From contig CAZENT010000005.1 in NCBI GenBank assembly GCA_964513845.1, forward strand, positions 41,590 to 105,589: a stretch of DNA of 64,000 nt, in the 5' to 3' direction. The translations under genes were made by a program, and so were the position numbers. Below the pieces are notes generated by a model that saw only the letters and a list, made by a program, of their open reading frames with translations, searched no databases and had not been told where the DNA came from. Of the stretch, positions 20,474 to 30,352 are shown in pieces; the stretch's first letter is position 1, and each line of letters opens with the position of its first letter. The DNA is from an uncultured Pseudomonadales bacterium (GTDB lineage Bacteria; Patescibacteriota; Microgenomatia; UBA1400; MFAQ01).

Positions 20474-21766
20474 TTACATTTTAATATTTTTTAAGAAGTT
20501 AATTACCCTGTCATCCATAATGATTGAGCTTTGATCAATGGGTCTTACCAGCTTAAGTCCGTTGAGTGAAGTACAGCGACTAAGAGCAACATAAGTTTGA
20601 CCATGAGCGAAGGCTCCCCTACCCAGATCTACAGCAACTTTTTCAAATGTTTTCCCCTGACTTTTATGAATAGTAATCGCCCACGCGAGCCTGAGAGGAA
20701 TTTGTCGGAAACTGCCAACCTCGTTGCTTTCTAGTGTCATCGTTTCCGGATTTAGACGAGTTTTGTACGAAGTCCAAGTGACGGGCTCAACTGTTTCCAG
20801 CTCGCCATTATCGAGCTTGACCAAGACGTGATCACTTCTGATTTGAAACAAAGTACCAACCGTGCCATTTATCCAACGGCCGTTGGGGTCATTGTTTAAA
20901 AGCATGACTCTGGCTCCGGTTTTTAGTTCTAATGTGTCCGCGGCCGGAAACTGTTTTTCAGAAAAATTTCCAATAGTTGTGCCTTTGAAATATATCGACT
21001 GACCTTCGATCTCATTAAGTTTGAATTGATTGATTCTGTCTGCCTGCTCGTTCATGGCTGTTAAGTAAATGTAGCCTTCGAGAAATTCTTCTGTGTCTGT
21101 TTTGCATTGATTCAGCCTATCAAGGTCGGCTTGGGTGGTTTCTTTGTTCCTGACCCTGTTCAAAATATCAATAAACTCCCTTTCTGTTTGACGAAAAATG
21201 GTTGAAAGCTCGTAAAACTTGATTTGTTTGTACAAGCCGTCTGTAAGGCTAGAAAAGACATTTGAGGAGAAAAAATAGGGAGAACGATAGACACTATTTA
21301 AGGCCTCTTGTTCATCTCTCGTTACAACTGGCGGCAACTGATGCAGATCTCCAACCATAACAACTTGTACTCCACCAAAGGGTTGTTTGCTCTTTCTGAC
21401 AGTTTGAAGAAAAACACTGATACTGTCCAACAGATCTGCTCGAACCATTGACACTTCATCAATTACAAGAGTTTCAAGAGCTTTGTAAATCTTGGCGTTT
21501 CTGGTTTTTTTGGCTTCGTGTTTAGCTCTTTCCGGATCGATATTGGGCGGAAAGAGAAAAAAAGAGTGGATTGTTTCCCCTCTAACATTAACTGCAGCGA
21601 CTCCGGTTGGAGCTACGACGGCGATGTTTTTCTTGGTGGTGTTGCGAAAATGATCAAGCAGGGTTGATTTTCCTGTGCCGGCATTGCCGGTTAAAAATAC
21701 GTTTTCCCAGCTGTTTTCGATTTCCAAAATGATTTCTTGAGTTCTATCGTCTAAAGTGAAGGACAT
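20474..21766 (-). CDS. Pif1/RecD-like SF1B helicase
   Basis: TGNAGTGKS, APTGVAA, TIHSFF, IDEVSM, FGG..GDLHQLPPV, QIPLRLAWAITIHKSQG, GQTYVALSR. Confidence 0.9.
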   Translation of the reverse strand: MSFTLDDRTQEIILEIENSWENVFLTGNAGTGKSTLLDHFRNTTKKNIAVVAPTGVAAVNVRGETIHSFFLFPPNIDPERAKHEAKKTRNAKIYKALETLVIDEVSMVRADLLDSISVFLQTVRKSKQPFGGVQVVMVGDLHQLPPVVTRDEQEALNSVYRSPYFFSSNVFSSLTDGLYKQIKFYELSTIFRQTEREFIDILNRVRNKETTQADLDRLNQCKTDTEEFLEGYIYLTAMNEQADRINQFKLNEIEGQSIYFKGTTIGNFSEKQFPAADTLELKTGARVMLLNNDPNGRWINGTVGTLFQIRSDHVLVKLDNGELETVEPVTWTSYKTRLNPETMTLESNEVGSFRQIPLRLAWAITIHKSQGKTFEKVAVDLGRGAFAHGQTYVALSRCTSLNGLKLVRPIDQSSIIMDDRVINFLKNIKM

Positions 21767-21768
21767 TT

Positions 21769-22470
21769 TTATATGGCAAGTAAGTGATGATTTAGCTTAA
21801 GCCATTTCCGATGATATTTGTAATCAGGATCGATGCTTGAAACTAAGTTCCAGAAACCGCGTCCGTGGTTCCGGTGAACCATATGAGATACTTCGTGAAT
21901 CACGACGTAGTCAACCACTTCATGGGGAGCCATGACCAGTTTACGATTGAAGCTAAGACAGTTCGTGGGCGAACAGCTACCCCAGATAGACGAGACTTTT
22001 TTGAGATTGATCTTTTGATAGGTTACCCCAATCTTTTGAGAATAATAATTGACCTTTTCGGTGATGGTTTCGATTCCTCTTTCCATATACCAATATAAAA
22101 GCGCTTCTTTGATTAACTCCGAATGCTTTTCTTTGGGTAAACCTTCATATATGTCGACTGATATTTTTTCATCAATCAAAACTACCTTGCATCTTCCCGG
22201 TGCTTTTTGGTAATTTAGCGACAAGGTGTACTCTTGGCCAAAATATAGATGCTTTTCCCCCTCCAGATATTGTTTGGAGATTTTCTTTGCGCCTATTCGA
22301 TTAAGATGTTTTTCGATCCATGATGATTTTTCTCTAACAAAGTTTTCTATCATGCCAACCGGCATCCAAAACGGTGCACTAACCACAACCCCCTTGTTTT
22401 CGGAAATCCTGATTGAAGCGTTGGCAGTGATGCCTCGCTTGCGGATAATTTTGTATTCGAAACTGGCCAC
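21769..22470 (-). CDS. YgjP/DUF45-like zinc metallo-hydrolase
   Basis: WGSCS, DYVVIHEVSH..NHGRGFW. Confidence 0.85.
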   Translation of the reverse strand: MASFEYKIIRKRGITANASIRISENKGVVVSAPFWMPVGMIENFVREKSSWIEKHLNRIGAKKISKQYLEGEKHLYFGQEYTLSLNYQKAPGRCKVVLIDEKISVDIYEGLPKEKHSELIKEALLYWYMERGIETITEKVNYYSQKIGVTYQKINLKKVSSIWGSCSPTNCLSFNRKLVMAPHEVVDYVVIHEVSHMVHRNHGRGFWNLVSSIDPDYKYHRKWLKLNHHLLAI

Positions 22471-22498
22471 GCAACTATTGTAGACTAAGCTGAATCGT

Positions 22499-23095
22499 TT
22501 AAGGTAAAAATTCTAAGGAATAGATAATGTCTTCTGAGGTTAAATATTCTACTGTGCCTGTGTTGGGAGTTTGATTGGTAATTAACAAATATTTCTTATC
22601 TTCTTGGGGAACATAGTAATATGTGTATTCACCATTGCCTTCCCGTGAGGAGTATGTTTGTGCTGTGACTGAACCCAGGGCAATCGGAGATATTGGATTG
22701 ACCAAACTGAACGATTCACCAAGCTCGCTTTTTCTTTTATCAATGGCTTTTTCAATGACGGTATTTACGTCTTCGTTTTCAAACAATATGTTTTGAGTGA
22801 TTGAAAGATTGATCGATCCGGTTTTGTACAAGCTTACGTCGCCGTTGCTCTTGTTTTTTATATTTACGTTGGAAGGGTGTTTGATTTTGTAGCCGTTGTA
22901 GTTGTTTACAAATACTTGCCAGCCAAGTACTGGCGAGTTGTTTAATGTGGAATTGTCTGACAAATTTGAGGATTTTGCGCCAGCAACTAATGGCGACACG
23001 AGATTGTTTGTATCTCTGTTGCTTTGTTTTTTAACCAGTGTCCCGATTGATACCGTGATTAAAACTGTAAATACCAAAACAAAGATGAACTTCAT
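22499..23095 (-). CDS. Hypothetical exported protein (possibly PsbP-like fold)
   Basis: N-terminal signal/TM, W..F.N..GY.IKHP motif. Confidence 0.6.
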   Translation of the reverse strand: MKFIFVLVFTVLITVSIGTLVKKQSNRDTNNLVSPLVAGAKSSNLSDNSTLNNSPVLGWQVFVNNYNGYKIKHPSNVNIKNKSNGDVSLYKTGSINLSITQNILFENEDVNTVIEKAIDKRKSELGESFSLVNPISPIALGSVTAQTYSSREGNGEYTYYYVPQEDKKYLLITNQTPNTGTVEYLTSEDIIYSLEFLP

Positions 23096-23181
23096 ACTGT
23101 AAGTGATGTTACATTTTTAGTTTATTACGGTGATTGTGGAAACACAATATACACAAAGCGATTATAGATTTATACTAGCCT

Positions 23182-23913
23182 ATGGTTTCATCAGAAAAAT
23201 TAAGAGGTCTTTCCGGCTTTCCAGCGTATCTAGAACCCTTTATTAAGAATCATCGTGATCTTGTTAGAGTTAACGAGTCAGTTTTTGGACTCCAGCCACA
23301 TATTGAGGCACAGAAGCAAGATGCCGAGAAGAAACAGAGAACGTTGCTTGTTATTACCGGATTTTCTGGAGCAGGAAAAGATGTGGCAGTAAAAGAGTTA
23401 ATGAAACAGGATCCTCGTTTTGGCTGGGTAAAAACATGCACCACAAGAGATATTCGACCTGAAGAAGTTGAGGAAGATCCATATATTCGATTGACTGAAG
23501 CACAGTTTGATGCCGCACTTAAAAGCGGAGATGCCATTGAGAGTAATGGCTATGTGGGAAAACGCTATTGCTCACTAACTTCTGTCTTTAAAAAGGCGTT
23601 GGACGATTTTGAGATTCCAATCCTGAGAATTGATCCAAAAGGTAAAGATTTTTACTTTGAACTATGGCAACAACAAGGGGGAATTTTCAAGGACGTCAAC
23701 CTCATTTCAATTTTTATTGCACCACCAACACTAAAAGAGCTGGAAGAGAGATTAAGAAATAGACCAGGAAGTACCGATGAAGATGTAAAAAAAAGACTAG
23801 CTCAAGTAAACACCGATATTCTCTATTTAAACAATGTTGAGTATATTGCCATAAATGAAACCGGAAAATTGGGGCAGATGGTACAAAACATGCGAAAGGT
23901 TATTTTCTCTTAG
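23182..23913 (+). CDS. gmk: Guanylate kinase-like protein
   Basis: GFSGAGKD P-loop, TTR.IRP.E, IFIAPP..ELEERL..R. Confidence 0.75.
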   Translation: MVSSEKLRGLSGFPAYLEPFIKNHRDLVRVNESVFGLQPHIEAQKQDAEKKQRTLLVITGFSGAGKDVAVKELMKQDPRFGWVKTCTTRDIRPEEVEEDPYIRLTEAQFDAALKSGDAIESNGYVGKRYCSLTSVFKKALDDFEIPILRIDPKGKDFYFELWQQQGGIFKDVNLISIFIAPPTLKELEERLRNRPGSTDEDVKKRLAQVNTDILYLNNVEYIAINETGKLGQMVQNMRKVIFS

Positions 23914-24745
23914 TGTTTATATATTGAAGGGCGAGAAATATTATTCCAAGAGAAGCAATGAAAATGGGAACTCCTCTGGAAATTATTGAGTAAAATATCA
24001 TTTTTGACTTCGCCTCTTCCACTCTGGCTAAGATAGTTGGGTCGTTGTACTTGTTACTCCATTCTGCGATATCCCACACCGGAGTACCGTCTTTCTCAGC
24101 ATAGAAGCTGATCCCAGAATCTTGATGGTCGATGATTATGCCGGTAAGCGGCTCAACATAAATATCAATATTTACCCTAGATAGAACCATGTATTTTTCC
24201 GGAACTAGAGGTAAAAATTCATAGCCAGGAGTGTCATTGATAATAGATTCTTTGGAGCTAAAGTGATAAGTGTTTAGCTTTTCAATAGTCTTGTTACCAA
24301 CATACTCTAAGATTGTGGGCGCACCCATCTCAACCGACCAAAAGTTAATATTTTTTGGAGAAACATTTGGAGGGAAGAAAATTGATGATTTTCCTTCATT
24401 GTCATCTTCTCCGGGATAATTATGACGAGTCAGCCTGTTTACCACAAATTTTTGATCTAGTTCAAAAAGAGTTTCACCTGTCAGCGACTCAACCTTAAAA
24501 AGACTTTGGATATTGGATTTATTTCCTGACGCCTGCAATGTCTTGATATTCGAAGAACTGATGGTTATCGTCTTTCCTGCCCACGACGAGTTTATATCAA
24601 ACCTGTTGTTTTCTGTGTGAATTAAGGTGGCTTTATCTGAAATACTGGCGGGCAGTTTAAGTAATTCGGGTGAAATTATATTGAACCAAAGAGCTACTAG
24701 AATAAAAAGGCAAAGCCCAAAAAACATCTGTAATGTTTTTGACAT
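23900..24745 (-). CDS. DUF3068/PorA-like protein with N- and C-terminal TM anchors
   Basis: Two terminal hydrophobic helices and the YVEPLTG.IID motif. Confidence 0.55.
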   Translation of the reverse strand: MSKTLQMFFGLCLFILVALWFNIISPELLKLPASISDKATLIHTENNRFDINSSWAGKTITISSSNIKTLQASGNKSNIQSLFKVESLTGETLFELDQKFVVNRLTRHNYPGEDDNEGKSSIFFPPNVSPKNINFWSVEMGAPTILEYVGNKTIEKLNTYHFSSKESIINDTPGYEFLPLVPEKYMVLSRVNIDIYVEPLTGIIIDHQDSGISFYAEKDGTPVWDIAEWSNKYNDPTILARVEEAKSKMIFYSIISRGVPIFIASLGIIFLALQYINTKRK

Positions 24746-24772
24746 AACTCATATTAACACTTTGCGTTTTGG

Positions 24773-25717
24773 TTAGGCAAAATGAATCAATAGCTCAACC
24801 GCGACAAACACAATATATAGCAATAGCAGATAAAAACCTTCTTTTCTGGAGAGAGTATTTTTACTCTTTGCAAAGAGATAAAAAAGAAATAGTCCCAAAA
24901 GAAGTACAACCAAACTGATGATATAACTATTGGTCAAATAGATTGTTTGGCCATACCACAAAACAAGACCGCCAAAAAGAATGGTGTTGTACGAGGCGGA
25001 GCCAACATAGTCCCCAAAAGCAACTTCATTATCCCTAAAGAAGACAGACCTTACCGCTAGTGCTAGTTCCGGAAGATTGGTTCCAACAGAAACAAGCATT
25101 AAGCTAATAAAGAAAGGGGAAATGTTTAAAAGCTGCGAAAAATACATGGTCTGGGTAACAACAACATGACTACTAAAATAAATCGCAATTACTGCAATTA
25201 CTATTTTGATAATTTCTGACCAAACCTTCAGGCTTTGACGTTTTATCACGGCAGATGGATTGTTTAAAAATCCCCTTTTTGACTGAATTAACATAACCGA
25301 GACAACAAACATAGCAACACACATAATTCCATCAAGTCGATCTAGCTTGCCATCAAACGAAAGTATTACTGGCAGAGCAATGACGAAAAGTGAGGATATT
25401 AAATTAAATCCCTGAAACTCTGGATTGATCTTAACCGGCTTGCCAGTTATGGCTAGAAGCGGAATAACCAAGGTAAAAAGGACAATAGAGGCACCAATTA
25501 AATTACCTACAAATATCTCCGGGTCATTATCGATAACCGAGGATACTCCAACAGATAGCTCGCCCAGAGAGGTAAATAACCCGAGAACCAAAAAGGAAAC
25601 CGAAAATGAGGAAAGCTTTAGTTTGTGAGAAAATTTTTCGACAGAAGATATGATTACTCCGGCACCGATCCAGATACCAATAAAACTTAAAACATAGTAG
25701 AGAATGTGTTGAAGCAC
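24773..25717 (-). CDS. Sodium:calcium antiporter (CaCA/YrbG family)
   Basis: Two alpha repeats: TSLGEL..GNLIGAS and GTNLPEL..GDYVGS. Confidence 0.85.
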   Translation of the reverse strand: MLQHILYYVLSFIGIWIGAGVIISSVEKFSHKLKLSSFSVSFLVLGLFTSLGELSVGVSSVIDNDPEIFVGNLIGASIVLFTLVIPLLAITGKPVKINPEFQGFNLISSLFVIALPVILSFDGKLDRLDGIMCVAMFVVSVMLIQSKRGFLNNPSAVIKRQSLKVWSEIIKIVIAVIAIYFSSHVVVTQTMYFSQLLNISPFFISLMLVSVGTNLPELALAVRSVFFRDNEVAFGDYVGSASYNTILFGGLVLWYGQTIYLTNSYIISLVVLLLGLFLFYLFAKSKNTLSRKEGFYLLLLYIVFVAVELLIHFA

Positions 25718-25779
25718 AGTTTAAGTTTAGCAAACTTTTTGATTTATCGGTATTTGGGTGGTTAAATTAGGCCTATAGG

Positions 25780-25808
25780 TTGACAAAGTTGGGTCTACGA
25801 GATAAAAT
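25780..25808 (+). promoter_or_regulatory. Sigma70 promoter for the 25846-26400 gene
   Basis: TTGACA (25780-85), 17 nt spacer, TAAAAT (25803-08). Confidence 0.7.
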
Positions 25809-25845
25809 TCAGCTCGTACATTCATATTTTGGAAAAGGAGTTAAA

Positions 25846-26400
25846 ATGTCAGAAACCTGGATTATTGTCTTGGTGGTAACAGTAGTTTGTGTGGCCCTGC
25901 TCCTGATCGTACTCTTGCGGAAACGAGAGAAAAGGGAGTCAGATTTGATTGGGATTGCCCTCCAGAATAGGGGCAATGACGAGACCGGCCAAGCAGCCGA
26001 ATGGCTGAAAAAACACATGCTGGCCGACGATACATACATCAACCTGTTGTTTAAGTGCTTTCGGCTCGACAAACCGGTTCCGGTAAGCTCGATTACGGTG
26101 AACAATGAAACTGAAGATATCACGATTCAGTTCACCGTTCCGAATACAAACAAGGCTCTGTCAGTCGTGATGGACTTTGATGAAGTTGAGTTTGAGGTTG
26201 GTGGACCCAACGACAAAACCAAACAGGCCTGGATTTTCTTTGACCTGGATCTTTGGAGTGAGTCGCCGATTTACGACGAAGATACCCAGATCCCGATTGA
26301 TCATATCGATTGGGAGTATGTAGTTTTGAACATCACTTCTGTGAAGTTGTACGTCTCAGAAGAGCAGTACAACACCCTCTTCCCGGAAGTAACAATTTAG
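25846..26400 (+). CDS. Hypothetical protein with N-terminal TM anchor
   Basis: AAGGAG SD 6 nt before ATG 25846; hydrophobic N-terminus followed by RKREKR. Confidence 0.7.
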   Translation: MSETWIIVLVVTVVCVALLLIVLLRKREKRESDLIGIALQNRGNDETGQAAEWLKKHMLADDTYINLLFKCFRLDKPVPVSSITVNNETEDITIQFTVPNTNKALSVVMDFDEVEFEVGGPNDKTKQAWIFFDLDLWSESPIYDEDTQIPIDHIDWEYVVLNITSVKLYVSEEQYNTLFPEVTI

Positions 26401-26414
26401 TTTTTCTTTTCCTT

Positions 26415-26443
26415 GCCCGCTTCAGAAATGAGGCGGGTTTTTT
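26415..26443 (+). terminator. Intrinsic terminator
   Basis: GCCCGCTTCA-GAAA-TGAGGCGGGT followed by a T run. Confidence 0.8.
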
Positions 26444-26449
26444 GTGCTT

Positions 26450-26523
26450 TGGAGCGGGATACCGGAGTCGGACCGGCCTCTTATCCTTGGGAAGGATACA
26501 TATTACCGATATACTAATCCCGC
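26450..26523 (-). tRNA. tRNA-Gly(CCC), CCA encoded
   Basis: GCGGGAT/ATCCCGC acceptor, TATCC-TTCCCAA-GGATA anticodon arm, GCCGG-TCCGACT-CCGGT T arm, T73, CCA. Confidence 0.9.
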
Positions 26524-26558
26524 GTTTGCTCTAGGATGGATTATACTAAAGATTAAAT

Positions 26559-27248
26559 ATGTCAGGACGATATAAACAATCCCAAAACAAGAGTCGCTCT
26601 CGCTTTTATATTTTTCTTTCGGTCGTATTCGTGATTGTAATGTTTAAATGGGGCATTCCCCTATTTATGAATATGGTTGCCGGAAATGGGGCGCAAAGAG
26701 TCAATACGGATAACGACATAATCCCCCCACAGGCTCCAATTATCTCTGCTCTTCCAGACGCTACCAATAGTGCCAGAATCGTGATTGAGGGCTATACGGA
26801 AGCTGCTGCCAGCGTGGAGCTTTTACTTAACGACCAAGTAGAGAAAATTAATGTTGCTGACCAGACTGGCTCGTTTGTTTTTGAAACTTCATTAATATCC
26901 GGCCAAAACAGGGTTCAAATTAGAGCAAAAGACAGTAAGGGAAATGAAAGCATGTCACAAGTTACTCTTGTGTCTTTCGATAACAAACCGATCGAGCTCA
27001 CTGTTAGCACCCCCAAAGATGGTAGTGAGTATTTTGGAAAAATAAATCAAGTAATTGATATCAAGGGAGAAGTGGATAAGCTCGGAAGCCAGGTTTTGAT
27101 CAACAATTCTTTTGTCCAAGTAGATCGAAGCGGAGCTTTTATTCATCGATTTATGCTTTCAGGTGGTGAAAATATGATTACGATTATGGCTTCCGACAAA
27201 GCGGGAAATACGGCAGAAAAAACTCTTAGGCTGATCTATACTCCTTAG
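26559..27248 (+). CDS. Membrane-anchored protein with two bacterial Ig-like domains
   Basis: TM helix, then G.N....A.D..GN repeated twice. Confidence 0.75.
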   Translation: MSGRYKQSQNKSRSRFYIFLSVVFVIVMFKWGIPLFMNMVAGNGAQRVNTDNDIIPPQAPIISALPDATNSARIVIEGYTEAAASVELLLNDQVEKINVADQTGSFVFETSLISGQNRVQIRAKDSKGNESMSQVTLVSFDNKPIELTVSTPKDGSEYFGKINQVIDIKGEVDKLGSQVLINNSFVQVDRSGAFIHRFMLSGGENMITIMASDKAGNTAEKTLRLIYTP

Positions 27249-28317
27249 GTTTTACCCGATCGAGTCCTAGGGATATCCAGAAAAAAGCAAATATCCAGAT
27301 GAAGAATAGAGAGTTGTTAAAAATGCTGTGAACCAAAATAGACATTGCCAAGACTTTTAACCCGACATTTCTGGTATTTTTCAATAGAGTGATTATTAGA
27401 TTTGTGAAAGAAATTAAACCAGCAATTCCTGTCGTGGCTAATAGAAAAATATAGCTATTGTCGATTTGAAAACGAGAGTTACCTATCCCCCGAAGTGTGT
27501 TGTAACCCCAGCCAAAAATTGGTCTTTGGAAAAAGAGAGTAATCCCCTCTTGCCAACTACCAAGTCGGGAAAATATTGAGAAAGTTCTCATGAGATTAAC
27601 ACCTTCACCAAATGGTTTTGGTATTAAGTAAACAATTAGCCCGAGAAGAGGTAAAAGTAAAAGGAACTTTGCTCTTTTGCGTGTGATCAAAAGATAGATA
27701 AGGCCAGCGGCAAAAGCAAGGTAGGAAGCACGAGAAAAGGTAAGAGCCAGAAGGCCAACAAACGGGATTGAATGTAAAAATTTGCTGTTGCCAAGCAAGA
27801 ACAAAGAGGTGGCCGCAAATATGGCACCGGAGAAGTTGGGGTCATATAACGAGCCAATCAAACGAAAATAGTGATCATCAAAACCAAGATTTTTCAAAAA
27901 TCTCATGTCAGGAAAAATAAAATACTGAAAAAGTCCAAGTATCGAGAAAATACTTAAGGAAATTATCAAAGGGTTCTTTAATTTATTAAATCCAACAAAA
28001 CGCGCCGCAAAAAATATCGAGGGATAGGTAAGTAGTCGAAGTAAATATAAAAAGGAAGTGGGGAAGCCGGAAGAGATCCCCTGTTTGATGTTAATGATTA
28101 ATGAAAAAATGGCGACGCCTAAAAAAATCAAAAGAGGTTTGACAATTGAACCGGAAAGGATCTTGTTTCTGTCTTTGGAAGTAATCAACGAAATGGCGAT
28201 AAGAAAAACCAAGATATCCAAGAGATATATTGAAAAGGGAAACGCCGGATGAGAAAAGGTTAGGAGCTGTCCAAAGGGCCAAACGTAGATAGTGAGTAGT
28301 AATAAAGAATTAATCAT
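27226..28317 (-). CDS. O-antigen ligase/Wzy_C-like membrane protein
   Basis: Multi-TM; RL.G..DPNF, TFSRAS, R...W, PIFGWG, DNSY....TTGI.G. Confidence 0.75.
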   Translation of the reverse strand: MINSLLLLTIYVWPFGQLLTFSHPAFPFSIYLLDILVFLIAISLITSKDRNKILSGSIVKPLLIFLGVAIFSLIINIKQGISSGFPTSFLYLLRLLTYPSIFFAARFVGFNKLKNPLIISLSIFSILGLFQYFIFPDMRFLKNLGFDDHYFRLIGSLYDPNFSGAIFAATSLFLLGNSKFLHSIPFVGLLALTFSRASYLAFAAGLIYLLITRKRAKFLLLLPLLGLIVYLIPKPFGEGVNLMRTFSIFSRLGSWQEGITLFFQRPIFGWGYNTLRGIGNSRFQIDNSYIFLLATTGIAGLISFTNLIITLLKNTRNVGLKVLAMSILVHSIFNNSLFFIWIFAFFWISLGLDRVKPKEYRSA

Positions 28318-29645
28318 TAATTTAATTTGTACACCTGAATACCGACTTTGTTGGTGTGAAGCAAAGTACCGTAAACTTCAGACGGGTTAGTGCTCGTCGT
28401 AATTAGATAATCATAGCCCTCACGTGTATTGACCCAAGAGGTATGGTCGAAGTTATACGGGAAGTAGTAGAGGTTGTGTAGCCTGTCTATGAGTATTTTA
28501 CTGCCCCCGGGAAGATTGTTTTTGACATAGTCATCCGAGTCAATAAAAGTTCCGGGTAGTCTGGAGGAGTATTTCGTAAGAAATGCATTTTGGGTTTCTT
28601 GACCGAGCAAGTAGGGGATGTATTTTTTTACTGCAATACATCTCATGCCAAAAATTGTTAATGAAGAAATGATTACCAGAAATATAAAAATATTTCTGAG
28701 AGGCACTTTTAGTAAGCTGACGATATAGACTGCAGAGATTATCAATGCGGGTAGATATGGCAACAAGAAACGGCTTGAGGGAGGATTGAGTACGACACTG
28801 AAAATGGACCCCAGAAACCCAACTGCCGCAATTTTTCGAATTGACTTATCTCGACTAAAAAGAGCTAGGGTGGATAAAATAACGAACAAGCCAACTATTG
28901 GAGAGAGAAAATCATCAAACGGAAAGGTGACGATGAAGGGTAAAAATAGAATATTTTTAATCACTGCCCACAAAGGGGTTAATGATTGATGAAGTAGCGG
29001 ACTAAAGATCGGGTAAATGGGATTGCCGGTGAAATTGTAGGAGATAATAAACCAAGGAAGTGAAACTAATATGGCCGGAATAAGAATTGGAAGGCCGTAG
29101 ACCAGTGCATATATTCCTGCTGACCCAAGAGCTAACCATTTGGTACCTATGGCCAAACCGAGAACAGCTCCTCCTCTTTTCCACGAACCGGAAATAAAAA
29201 AATACAAAGCGAGTGTTTCCAAGAATGTCCTAAACAAATCGATGTAGGCACTCCCTGATTGCCAACTGACTAGCCAGGTACAGTAAAAAAGAGAAACGGC
29301 AACTGATTTTAAAAGTGTGGAAAATTTTAATTTCGAGGTGATTTTCCAAATTACACACCCAACTCCGATGCCAGATAAATATTGAAGAAATTTGGGACCG
29401 ATATAGCCAGTAAATTTGATTAGCGGGATAAAAATTGATTCGGTAATTCGAGGCATGACCGAGTAATACAAAAGGCCGCCATCAAAGAACCATTGCTTTT
29501 TCATCAGCCACAGTTTGGGGATGGTAAGGTGATACCAGAGAGCGTCGAATCCTATTTCGGGAGTGAAAACGGTCAATAAATTCAGAACTCCCAAAAGTAC
29601 AATAGGAACCCAAACAAAATATAGTATTAGTTTCTTTTTGTCCAT
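28317..29645 (-). CDS. GT-C fold membrane glycosyltransferase
   Basis: Multi-TM; FDALWYHL.IPK, AYID, GLAIGTK, TGNPIYP, RFLLP. Confidence 0.65.
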   Translation of the reverse strand: MDKKKLILYFVWVPIVLLGVLNLLTVFTPEIGFDALWYHLTIPKLWLMKKQWFFDGGLLYYSVMPRITESIFIPLIKFTGYIGPKFLQYLSGIGVGCVIWKITSKLKFSTLLKSVAVSLFYCTWLVSWQSGSAYIDLFRTFLETLALYFFISGSWKRGGAVLGLAIGTKWLALGSAGIYALVYGLPILIPAILVSLPWFIISYNFTGNPIYPIFSPLLHQSLTPLWAVIKNILFLPFIVTFPFDDFLSPIVGLFVILSTLALFSRDKSIRKIAAVGFLGSIFSVVLNPPSSRFLLPYLPALIISAVYIVSLLKVPLRNIFIFLVIISSLTIFGMRCIAVKKYIPYLLGQETQNAFLTKYSSRLPGTFIDSDDYVKNNLPGGSKILIDRLHNLYYFPYNFDHTSWVNTREGYDYLITTSTNPSEVYGTLLHTNKVGIQVYKLN

Positions 29646-30352
29646 TGAAAAATGCGTACTGTTAAGGATTGAACGCTCATGAGATAAGCCGAGAACAAAC
29701 CGGCAGTACCATCGAGAAAACCTTGTCTGTAAAAATAATTTTGAATGAATTTTCCGAAAGGATTTAGAAATAATCTCCAGTATGAAAAAGGTTTATTTTC
29801 TCTGGTTAAAATATCGGAGTCGATTTCCGAGTATCGTGTGGTACGACCGATAAATTCACTAACGAAGTTGTCTTTAATATGGTAAAGAGGAGAATACAGC
29901 TCACCAACTTCACCATTGATTTTCCAGGTTTCATGAACTGGTCTGATAAATTTTCCGGATTTTCTTTTGGCTAGTCTGAGAAGTTTTGTTTTTCCGGTTT
30001 CTCCGTGTAATAAAGGCTGATGGAAACAAACATCAACTCGGTGTATTTTGAAGCCTGAAAATTTTGTTTTGGATATGATTGCTTGAATTTCTCGCCTTAG
30101 TTCTGTGCTTATGTATTCATCGCTATCAATAAATAATACCCAATCGTTTTTTGTTTTTTCTAAAGCGAAGTTTCTTTGGGAGGCATAATCATTGTTAAGC
30201 TGTCGAGAATAAAACGATACTTTCCCGGACTTTTTTGCTTTTATAGTTGGAGAGTCAATCACCACAACTATCTCATCTGCAAAATCGGCAGACTGAAGAA
30301 CAAGCGTGTCTATGTCTTCAGTTTTAGAAATAATAGCAATTGACAGCTTCAT
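29627..30352 (-). CDS. Glycosyltransferase family 2
   Basis: QRNFAL, WVLFIDSDE, RPVHE, GFLDG..G. Confidence 0.88.
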   Translation of the reverse strand: MKLSIAIISKTEDIDTLVLQSADFADEIVVVIDSPTIKAKKSGKVSFYSRQLNNDYASQRNFALEKTKNDWVLFIDSDEYISTELRREIQAIISKTKFSGFKIHRVDVCFHQPLLHGETGKTKLLRLAKRKSGKFIRPVHETWKINGEVGELYSPLYHIKDNFVSEFIGRTTRYSEIDSDILTRENKPFSYWRLFLNPFGKFIQNYFYRQGFLDGTAGLFSAYLMSVQSLTVRIFQWTKRN

